Positions 52,252-61,097 of a DNA stretch of 64,000 nt are shown here, one piece after another. Below the pieces are notes generated by a model. It did not search any database. It had not been told where the DNA came from and was given only the letters and a program-made list of their open reading frames with translations. Made by a program: the position numbers and the translations under genes. The DNA comes from an uncultured Lentisphaerales bacterium (lineage in GTDB: Bacteria; Verrucomicrobiota; Lentisphaeria; JABSQK01; UBA12247), in contig CALSSJ010000005.1 of NCBI GenBank assembly GCA_943788985.1, positions 1 to 64,000 of the forward strand, given 5' to 3'. How positions within the stretch are numbered: the stretch's first letter is position 1; every line of letters starts with the position of its first letter.

Positions 52252-53977
52252 ATGGCCAGACAGCAGGTAATCGGGCTGGATATTGGTGCCGCTAGCACCA
52301 AACTAGCGATCGTGGAGCGGCATCGATCCGGAGCGCGGCTGGTGCATACTGCCCGGCTGGACCAGCGAGATGAGGGAATCGACGGTTTTGAGCTGGCCGA
52401 GGTGCTGACGGACTGGCTGCGCCAGGAGTGCCCGCAGGTGTTGGAGACCACGGCGGCGATTCCGCAGACCTTTGTCAACATGCGCGTGGCGGAGTTCCCG
52501 CCAGCGGACGGTAAGCGCTTGGCTGAGATGGCTGCCTACGAGGTGCAACAGTTTTCCGGCTTGTCAGATGAGAGTTTTCTGCATGCGTTTCACCCCTTGG
52601 ACAAGGCAGGTGGAAAAGGGAAGCAGCCGGTGTTGCTGGCGATTTGCCCGGAAACAGCAGCGCAGGAACGGGCCGATTTGGTGTCTGAACTTCCGGTGCA
52701 GTTGTGCAATTTAGCACCGTCTGGGGCAGCGTTGGCCGCGGCGTTTCGGCAGTTACACCCGAAGCAGTCGGGGCAGCATGGGGTGACCTTGGTCTTAGAC
52801 CTGGGCGCATCGAGTACGACGTTCCTGATCTTTGATGCCGGTCATTTTTCCTACGCCGGATCAGTGCCGTATGGCGCGGAGCTGTTTACGGACGCAATGG
52901 CTCACGCGATGGGGATCCGCGAGGACGAAGCCGAGAGACTGAAGCGCGCACAGGGGCTCAAACCGGCCGACAAGCTGACGCCCCCGCAGTTGATTGGCTG
53001 TTGTAGCGAGTTCGTGAGCGAGCTGTTCGCTGCCCTTGAGTCTTGGAAGTTTGATGGCGAGGCGGCGGTGCGGCCAACCTTTGACCACGTCTATCTGTGC
53101 GGAGGGGGGGCAAGACTACAGGGATTCGACGACTATCTGGCGGCAGAATTGAATTGCCCGGTAGAGCTTTTGCGAAGTTCGCAAGACGCAGAACAGGATG
53201 ACTACCTGGTGGCGTTTGGGCTCGGGATGCAGGGCCTCGGGGTGAGCACGGTCCCAATGCCGTTGACAGCCACAAAACGTGTGCTGGCAGACTTTGCGCC
53301 GCCGACGTCATGTGTTTCTGGCTGCAGCCATGTTTCTGATTCCCATGCTGCTGGCCGCGATTGTGGCTGTGGAGTACTTCAATGTGCGCAAAGAACAACA
53401 GAGTCTGGATCGCAAGGGCCGTACGCTTGATGAGTGCGGCAGCTTGATTCCCGGGCTAGAGAAGCAGCGCGCTGAGCTGGCGAATGCGGAGACCATGCTG
53501 AAGCCATTTGTCGCGCGTGGGAATCGTAATCGGGTGGTGATCAAGGCGATCGATGTGCTGACAGATTTTCAGCAGGAGGAGGACTGGCTGGTGTTGCTGG
53601 CAGACCCAGAGAGCTATCATGGCGATCCAGAAGAGCGGGAGGAGGAGGTCAGGCGCCCGCGTGGGCTGGGTGCCCATGCGATGCTGGTACGGAAGTCGGA
53701 GAAACGGACAATTCTGTGCGAGGATGTGGCACCTTGGGATGCCTTGTACTGCTCGGGCTTTATTCCCAAACAGAAGATTAGCCCGCTCGAGCATATTCGG
53801 TCGCTGCGCGAGAAGCTGAACAGCGAGCCTGGCTCGATTTTTACCGGCGCGGATGTGGTGACGAGCGATCGCTCGACCAAGGACTATCGAGTGAGCGCCT
53901 ACTGGCTAACCCGCTACATCGCGCGGCCGTTCGCCTTACGCCTGCCGTTGAAGGATCTGGAGTTCAAAAGCCAATGA
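52252..53977 (+). CDS. pilM: PilM-like actin-fold protein probably fused to a PilN-like region (frameshift ~53270)
   Basis: IGLDIGAASTK, LDLGASST, EAERLK, YLCGGGARL; then a transmembrane segment and coiled coil in ORF 53279..53977. Confidence 0.78.
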
Positions 53978-54894
53978 TCCCGCAGACGCATATTCGTACG
54001 ATTGTGGCCGGCGCGATCGCCTCGGTGCTGGTTATGGCGGTCTACTTGTTGGTGGTGTTTCCGATGCAGAAGTCGGTAAAGGTCACGGCTGCGAACCAGA
54101 AGCAGCAGAGCGAGAACCTGCGCCGCAGTGGCTTTCCCCTGGATCCGCAGAAGTTGCGCCAGCTGGATGCGGTGTTGGCGAAGGATAAGAAAAAGATTTA
54201 TAAGAAGTTTAGTGCGGTCTACCAGCAGGTGCAGAGGCCGTTGGCGCGGGAGATTGACCGCTATGATACGGTGGAGAACTTCTGCAACAGCATCCAGCGT
54301 TTCGACTATCAAGAATATTACGTGCAGACCACAGACGAGCTTGCGAAGCACGACGTGCACTTGTATGGACGAGTGCTGAAGCTGTCCGAAAACAGCGGGG
54401 CGGAAAAGGACTATCATCTGCTGTGCCACATCTGGACGGTTCGGAGCTTGGCACTTCTGGCTCGTAAGCATGATCTCAAACTGGCGGATGAAGCCCTAGT
54501 GGCTCCGCCTCCGCCTGAGGATGCGTCGGTGGAGGACCAGCAGGCCTGGCAACGCGAGCAGCAACTGCCTCCGGCCAATATCGAAGCATTGGAGGTGCGT
54601 AGCTATGCCACCAAAGCCGACGCTGATGCCTATGTGGAGGAGTTTCCAGTCCGCATGACCATGATGGGGACTGTGACTGACTTGACGCGGTTTCTGCACG
54701 ACTTGTCGGGCCCGACCACCTTCTTACCCCTGCAGCAGATCGAGATCGAAAAGATCGGTCGGCGCGCGCAGGATGACACGGTTAAGGTGACTGTGGTCTG
54801 TAGCCTGTTTCTGTTGCTGCGCAGTCAGGATAAGCTTGTGGAGCTGGGAGATGGTGTCTTGATTACTAAGCCACGGTGGAGGCCGGGAACGTGA
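53974..54894 (+). CDS. PilO/GspM-like inner-membrane platform protein
   Basis: N-terminal transmembrane segment, coiled coil, EFPVRMTMMG...LTRFLHDL; position after pilM. Confidence 0.65.
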   Translation: MIPQTHIRTIVAGAIASVLVMAVYLLVVFPMQKSVKVTAANQKQQSENLRRSGFPLDPQKLRQLDAVLAKDKKKIYKKFSAVYQQVQRPLAREIDRYDTVENFCNSIQRFDYQEYYVQTTDELAKHDVHLYGRVLKLSENSGAEKDYHLLCHIWTVRSLALLARKHDLKLADEALVAPPPPEDASVEDQQAWQREQQLPPANIEALEVRSYATKADADAYVEEFPVRMTMMGTVTDLTRFLHDLSGPTTFLPLQQIEIEKIGRRAQDDTVKVTVVCSLFLLLRSQDKLVELGDGVLITKPRWRPGT

Positions 54895-55611
54895 TGGCGA
54901 GCGTGATTAAGGAATGGGAGCGTACGGCTTTCGGGGTGGTGATCGTACTGGTTCTGATCGGCGGCGGCTACTGCACTGTGCGTATCGCACAGCTCTTCGG
55001 GCGCGTCCCGAGTAACCCGGTCCGGCACACACCTGGTACTCCTGTGTTCTCGGAGTCGGCTTTTGCCTTTTTGACCGAGAAGCCGCTTCCCGAGGTCTCC
55101 AACAACAATGCTTTCAACACTCCGTACGGAATCCGAAATCCAGAATTTCGTGAGACCCCGGCCGTGGTCCGGGAACCTAAGCGAACGCCTGAGGAGAAGC
55201 CGGCCTGGAAGCCTGCGTGGTTTAAGAAGAATCCCGACAAGCAGGCAAACGTGCCCAAAGTCCGTAAGCCGAAGGAAGTGGCCCCCAGTGCCGGCGAAGC
55301 CTGTGGAGCTGAATGTCGCCAAGAAACCGCCGGAACCGAAACCACCGCCGGGGCCGAAGGTTCAGGAGTTCATCGAATACATGGGGGTGATGAAGTCCCC
55401 GGGCGGGCACGAGTTTGCTTTTATCAACCTGATCAAGGTGACTGACGGAGTAAAGGAAGTGAGACCACAGTATCTCCAGACGGGGCGTCCGGTGAAGGGC
55501 TTTAAGATCGAAGCGTACGACGCAAAGTCCGTGACGCTGAACGGCAAGGGAGATCCGCCGACAAAGTTGCGCATCGGTCGTCAGTTAGAGGTCGGTGCCG
55601 TCACGCCATGA
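54894..55611 (+). CDS. Pro/Lys-rich PilP/GspC-like protein, one frameshift
   Basis: Transmembrane segment, Pro-rich linker, C-terminal IEYMGVM...AFI...GFKIEAYDAKSVTL in the second frame. Confidence 0.55.
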
Positions 55612-55656
55612 TCGTGAATTCATACCCCGTATTCCTCATTATTCATAGGCTCTGTC

Positions 55657-57375
55657 ATGGCTCGTGATCTTTTAGAGCTCCTGGAGCAGCAGGGCGAACT
55701 CGACCCTGCAGAAGTAGACCAGATTAAGAAGCGGCAGCGTCGCGGAAATGTCAGCGTGCCGCAGGCCCTCATTGGTCACGGCAAACTCTCGCAGTCCATT
55801 ATTTACAAAGCGCTGGCGGATGCCAATAAGCTTCCGTTTGTCGAGCTGTCAAAGGGCGGTGTTACGGAGGAGGCGGTAAAAAAGGTGAGCGCAAAGGTCG
55901 CGTTTCACTACAAGATTATGCCCATTTCGATCGAAGGCGGCGTGCTTACTTTGGCGTTTAGCGAGCCGCCTGATGTGCGCCAGAGGGAGAACCTGAGGAT
56001 GCTGCTGAGCATGCGGATCCGGCCAGCGATCGCAGCACCTAACGATATCTCGCACTCTGCCAAAAAGCACTATGGCCTAGGCGCGGATACGGTGCTGGCT
56101 ATTCGCAGCGATCGCGCGACTTTCAGTCGGTTCGACGATGGCGGCTATGATCGCGATACTGCGCAGGACATCGAACTGGAAGAAGGCGATGCTTCGATCA
56201 CCAGCCTGGTCAATCAGATTCTGGCTGAAGCTCTCGAGATGAAGGCGACAGATGTGCATATCGAGCCCTTCGAAGATACCGTGCGACTGCGCTACCGGAT
56301 CGACGGATTTCTGCGTGAAATCGCGCTGCCACCGGGGTTGCGGGAGCTGCATGCGTCGATTATTTCGCGGATGAAAATCATGGCGGATCTTAACATCGCC
56401 GAGAAGCGCTTGCCTCACGACGGGCGAATTAAGCTGGTGATCGCCGAGAACGAGTTCGACCTTCGTGTTTCGATCCTACCGACGCGCTTTGGCGAGACGC
56501 TCAACCTTCGTATCCTGAACCGTGACAACATCTTCTTCGACTTGGAGCGCCTTGGCCTGGAGAAGGAGCAATACCAGCTACTCCTGAAGCTGCTGGATCT
56601 ACCCCATGGCATGATTCTGGTGACGGGCCCGACCGGCAGTGGGAAGACGACCACGCTGTATGCGTCGCTCGCAAAGACGGATAAGGACACTCGCAAAGTG
56701 ATCACGGTCGAAGATCCGGTGGAATACCAGTTGTATGGCATTAGTCAAATTCAGATCCACGAGAGTATTGGGCTAACGTTTGCGAGCTGTCTGCGCTCCA
56801 TCCTGCGGCATGACCCTGACATTGTGCTGGTGGGCGAGATGCGCGATAGCGAGACCGCCGAAATCGGGATCCGCGCGGCGCTGACGGGGCATTTGGTCCT
56901 TAGCACGCTGCATACAAATGACTCGGTGGGCGCGATTAATCGGTTGATCGACATGGGCGTCGAGCCGTTTCTGGTAGCATCCTCACTGTCCGCATCGTTG
57001 GCCCAGCGTCTGGTACGACGAATCTGCCCGTATTGTAAGGTCCCGCAGACGGACATCCCGGATGCAGTGGCGCTGGAGATGGGTGATGCGCTGGATTGTG
57101 ACGCTGATGACGTACAGGCTTGGATCGGAGAAGGCTGCAATGAATGCACTGGCATTGGCTACGTGGGCCGGGTCGCGATCTACGAGTTCTTCTTGATGGA
57201 CGAGGATCTGCGTGACATGGTGAGCCGCCACGCGAATACCAATGAGCTACGATCTGCTGGCATTCGCAGTGGGATGCACACGCTGCGGGATGACGGCTGG
57301 CGAAAAGTTGCCAAGGGCGACACCAGTATTGAAGAAGTGCAGCGGATCACGACCGCTGCTCAGCTGCGCTACTGA
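55657..57375 (+). CDS. GspE/PilB-type assembly ATPase
   Basis: ATDVHIEP, EKRLPHDG, GPTGSGKTTT, TVEDPVEY, RHDPDIVLVGEMRD, LSTLHTND, CPYC...CNEC. Confidence 0.95.
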   Translation: MARDLLELLEQQGELDPAEVDQIKKRQRRGNVSVPQALIGHGKLSQSIIYKALADANKLPFVELSKGGVTEEAVKKVSAKVAFHYKIMPISIEGGVLTLAFSEPPDVRQRENLRMLLSMRIRPAIAAPNDISHSAKKHYGLGADTVLAIRSDRATFSRFDDGGYDRDTAQDIELEEGDASITSLVNQILAEALEMKATDVHIEPFEDTVRLRYRIDGFLREIALPPGLRELHASIISRMKIMADLNIAEKRLPHDGRIKLVIAENEFDLRVSILPTRFGETLNLRILNRDNIFFDLERLGLEKEQYQLLLKLLDLPHGMILVTGPTGSGKTTTLYASLAKTDKDTRKVITVEDPVEYQLYGISQIQIHESIGLTFASCLRSILRHDPDIVLVGEMRDSETAEIGIRAALTGHLVLSTLHTNDSVGAINRLIDMGVEPFLVASSLSASLAQRLVRRICPYCKVPQTDIPDAVALEMGDALDCDADDVQAWIGEGCNECTGIGYVGRVAIYEFFLMDEDLRDMVSRHANTNELRSAGIRSGMHTLRDDGWRKVAKGDTSIEEVQRITTAAQLRY

Positions 57376-57378
57376 CAC

Positions 57379-57430
57379 AAAAAAGCCGGTACCCAAGCCG
57401 CTCAGAGAGCGATTCAGATACCGGCTTTTT
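57379..57430. terminator. Bidirectional intrinsic terminator
   Basis: AAAAAAGCCGGTA...TACCGGCTTTTT between convergent genes. Confidence 0.75.
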
Positions 57431-57446
57431 GAGCAGCGTGGTGCTG

Positions 57447-57806
57447 CTATCTGCAGGAACTCACCCAGGTCCAGCATCCGGGACGAACGATTGTACGCAC
57501 GGAGCAGCCGGTGTAGCTGCGACGGTAGCCGTAGACCGGAGCGGTCCACTGCCAGCGCCCGGCTGATGCCGAGTAGTAGCTGTAGCTGTGGCTCTGGCGT
57601 GGGGAGCTATAGCTGTAGCTGTGGCGGGGGGAGCTGTAGCTGTGTGACCGATGCGAACGATGCCGATCGTAGCCAGACGAGTGATGGCTGTTTCCGCGAT
57701 ACGAGTCGTATCGCGAACGGCTGTCGCAGGATCGGTCTCCGGCGTGAGCAGCGGCGGTGGACAGAATCAGGGCGAAAAGCAGGACGAGTTGGGTGGAAAC
57801 CTTCAT
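57447..57806 (-). CDS. Small secreted Ser/Tyr/His/Arg-rich low-complexity protein
   Basis: GAGA upstream of ATG, signal peptide ending AAHA, SHSYS/SYSYSSPR repeats, GRWQW...PGCWTW tail. Confidence 0.7.
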   Translation of the reverse strand: MKVSTQLVLLFALILSTAAAHAGDRSCDSRSRYDSYRGNSHHSSGYDRHRSHRSHSYSSPRHSYSYSSPRQSHSYSYYSASAGRWQWTAPVYGYRRSYTGCSVRTIVRPGCWTWVSSCR

Positions 57807-57946
57807 GGCGGATTCTCGTTTGTTGTGGGTGCGTGTCAACACCCTCCGACGGCCCGTCATCGCACTTTATTCAACGTTTTTGGCGCTTTGCTCCCTTCGC
57901 TGCGCTCGGGCTCTGCCTGCGGCGGTGCGAACTTCGCAAATTTCGG

Positions 57947-58660
57947 TCAGAAATCGAGACGCAGCCCGACGCGGGCCGTGCGGCCGGGAACTGTGTAGCC
58001 ATTTACTTCCCGATAGTCGACATCGCCGATGTTCTCGACGCGGCCAAAGAGGGACAGATTTTCGCGAATCGGCAGTGAGCCGGCGAGGTCCACGCGCGCG
58101 TACGAATCTAGGGTGGTGGTGTTTGCCCGGTCGTTGAACCGCGGCCCGACGTACTGCACGGTGGCGTTGAGGTGAGCACCACTTTCCCAGAGGTAGGTGG
58201 CGCCGAGTTTCGCACTACGTTTTGCCCAGCGAGCCAGCTTTTTGCCGGTCGAGCGAACGACAAGATCCTGCCAGGTGGCATCGGCGTGAAGGGTCAGGGC
58301 CGTGCTGAGCCGAAGCTCCGTGGCTAGCTCAATACCTTGCAGGCGAGCCTCCGGAATATTCTCGGGGGCCCAAAATGAGAATGGATCAGTGGGGTCGACT
58401 GGGCGCCATTCGATAAAGTCCTCAACTTCAGAATGTAAGTACGTGGCACTTACCTCGAGCTCGTCCCTCAAGAGATTCTGGCTGACGCCTGCGTCCCAGC
58501 CGTGGTGCTTTCTGGTCTACGATTCGGGTTGCCGCCGAATGGTTGGTAGAGGTCGTTGAAGTTTGGTGCTTTGAAGCCGGTGCCTATTGCACCACGAAAG
58601 GTAGTGGCGGCTGCGTCGCAGGTGCGGGTGCCGGCAAGCCGCTAGGTTGTGATGCCCGCG
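57947..58660 (-). pseudogene. TonB-dependent receptor (BtuB-like) C-terminal remnant
   Basis: GTGFKAPNFNDLY...GNPN.RPE, frameshift, GWDAGV...ARLQGIEL...GRVENIGD..Y...PGRTARVGLRLDF*; plug domain and most of the barrel absent. Confidence 0.8.
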
Positions 58661-59015
58661 TGGTGCGAGCCCCAATGGGATTGGGCAAAGATTGCGCGGC
58701 GATCGCAATGAGGATGAATCGTGGATTCGTAGCTTCGCGCCTATGAGGATAGACCACGCTTCTGAGCCCAGCTGATGCTCGGCTCACGTCGAGATAGCTT
58801 TTAGGGCTAAGCAACTCAGGCGCGAAGTGGATTGTATGTCAAGGTTTTTGACTCACGAGCTTTTGCTTGTTTACAGTGGTGCGACCGCTCCGAATTCTCA
58901 CCGGATTCCGTTGACGTGCAGATGATCCCCCGCGGTGTCGCGAGCCTTTCGCAAGGCGGATCCTAGGATTAGTTATCCGCCGGTGGCGGCCGCCGCGAGT
59001 CAGGCTCCAGAGGGG

Positions 59016-60788
59016 CTATTGGTTGATTTTAATCCTCAACCTATCTGCTTCTTTCAGATCTCCGCCGAGGCGAATAAACTGCTGGAGCGAATTGTTTGCC
59101 GATTCCAAGTCCCGGAGCTGCCAGTGGGCCTTTGCTTCCCAGTAGTAAGAGCGCGGATCTTCGCGTTGAACGCGGGCGCCCTCGCGGGCCCAATCAAGGC
59201 AAAGCTGATAGTCTCCGCCATCATAGGCCGCTTCCGCCTGAATGAGAAGTGCCCGGATGTAGTCGGAGTCCTGCTCAAGAATCAGCGCTGCAACCCGAGT
59301 GCGCAGGAGTTGATTCTCCATGACCAGCGGGAGAAGCAGTTTGAATGCGTGCGTGCGATCAGCCCCATCCTTTACTTGACGGGCCTGAAGAGACAGGATC
59401 TGCTCAGTCAGCCAGGAGATCGGTTGTGTGGCTCCGGGTGATTCAATAGGCTTCCACATGCTATATTTTGTGGCTATTTCTAGCCCTCGCTGCGGATTGC
59501 CTGCCAAGGCGTGGGCTTCGGTCGCGATTAGCATCGCCGGTCGATAGCTGGGGTGTGATTCAAGTACCTGATCAATTGAGCGAACGGCGCGGGGAAAGTC
59601 TTCGACAATCATGGCCTGATCGGCGTCGGCCATGAGTTGCTGTGTCTTCCAGCCGGAATGACCGGCCACTCCCCCGACTACGAGGGCCATGCCAAGGGCG
59701 GCCACGATAAGGACGGAGAGCACGAGCTGAAATACCCCCAGGGCGAGGCGGAATGTTCCTCGGCTATTGTCGGTATGTTGGTGTCTGAGGTGCTGGAAAA
59801 CGTGCAGGGGGAGGTGGCCCCAGCGGGCGACGGGAAGAATGACTAGGTACCAATACAGCTTGGTCTCGAGTAGGAGCATTGCCACAAAGGCCAGGCCCGT
59901 GGCCCCAGCGGCAATGAGAGACTGTGGCGCGGCGATGACAGCCGGAATGGCAAGCATGAGGAACACATAGGGGCCAGCCCCGGAAATCATGCCGATGAAA
60001 CACACGGCGGCTGCCAGAATCAGCCAGGTGGAAGCGCCGCCGAATAGTAGCGCCACGGCGACTATCAGGCCGAGCAATATCCCTTTCAGGCCACGTACGA
60101 GACAGTACATGCTGAGCAGGTTGAATACGCCAGGATCAACCGGTGTTGCCTCCCCGGCTTCGCCGCTTGACGAGGGAGGTGGGATGGTCACGACAGTTTC
60201 GGTGGCGCGGCTGTGCCCATAGGTGTGGAGCAGTTGCATGGCAAAGAGGAAGATCGAAAATTGGAACAGGAGAAAGAAGCGGTGTTGGTTAGAAATGTGC
60301 GCCTGCTCCGCAAAGCGATTAGGCAGCTCTGCGGTGACTGAACCGTAGGAATCGGTGTCGCTTTCGAGGATGCCATCAAGCTTGCCACGGATGCTGTCAG
60401 GTTTTCCCTTCACCTCTTCTTCCTCGTCATCGTCCCCGAGCACGGTATTGGCCAGGTTGGCGGTTCCTTGGAGCGTCCGTTGTCCCAGATCGGTAACCTG
60501 CCCGACGTAGACTGCGGCACTGTGGTGAAAAGATGGATAGGCAATGAAAACCAGCCCAGTGGTGGCGAGAATGGTGGTCAGGTAGACAGCAATGGCTGCC
60601 GAGCAGCGTCCCCGGCGAGGTGTCAAGCGCTGGGCGAGGGGGAGGGTGCAAGCACTGCAGACGACGGCTAGGAGAAATAATGGCAGGGAGGCAAGCGGCT
60701 TAAGCAGCGCTCCGACTGCTACCAGCCCGAAACTCACGGTAACCACAACCCAGTTGGTCTTTTCTCCTCCGGCTTCTTCGTCACTCAT
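59016..60788 (-). CDS. Multi-pass membrane protein (divergent AI-2E/PerM-like) with C-terminal TPR domain
   Basis: Hydrophobic segments in an AI-2E-like arrangement; C-terminal helical repeats (SYYWEAKAHWQLRDLESANNSLQQFIRL). Confidence 0.6.
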   Translation of the reverse strand: MSDEEAGGEKTNWVVVTVSFGLVAVGALLKPLASLPLFLLAVVCSACTLPLAQRLTPRRGRCSAAIAVYLTTILATTGLVFIAYPSFHHSAAVYVGQVTDLGQRTLQGTANLANTVLGDDDEEEEVKGKPDSIRGKLDGILESDTDSYGSVTAELPNRFAEQAHISNQHRFFLLFQFSIFLFAMQLLHTYGHSRATETVVTIPPPSSSGEAGEATPVDPGVFNLLSMYCLVRGLKGILLGLIVAVALLFGGASTWLILAAAVCFIGMISGAGPYVFLMLAIPAVIAAPQSLIAAGATGLAFVAMLLLETKLYWYLVILPVARWGHLPLHVFQHLRHQHTDNSRGTFRLALGVFQLVLSVLIVAALGMALVVGGVAGHSGWKTQQLMADADQAMIVEDFPRAVRSIDQVLESHPSYRPAMLIATEAHALAGNPQRGLEIATKYSMWKPIESPGATQPISWLTEQILSLQARQVKDGADRTHAFKLLLPLVMENQLLRTRVAALILEQDSDYIRALLIQAEAAYDGGDYQLCLDWAREGARVQREDPRSYYWEAKAHWQLRDLESANNSLQQFIRLGGDLKEADRLRIKINQ

Positions 60789-61097
60789 ACCAACCCCGCT
60801 CGCTGAATGTTTATCCGCAGGCTGCTAAAGTAGATTCAACATCGTGCCGCGTCCATTGCTAGGATCCGGACGGGCGATGATAGCACCGTTTAGATCAACT
60901 CATCCTCAGCTGGCCACGCCTCGCAGGCGCACGCGAACACTAAAAGCCGCCGGCGCTGTTTCCGCGTCTGCGCATTGATGGATAAGCACGGGGCGGTACT
61001 GTCTGTATGACTTACGTATGTTCATACGAAGTCCCTCGCGTGGTGCCGCGGCTTCGCGCGACCGTTTTTGTGTCTGGATTTTAAGATGGTGATTAAT

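Noticed and set aside
58700..58860. Cobalamin riboswitch upstream of the BtuB-like remnant
   Set aside because: No recognisable B12-box or conserved core; only a small hairpin and a TTGACA.
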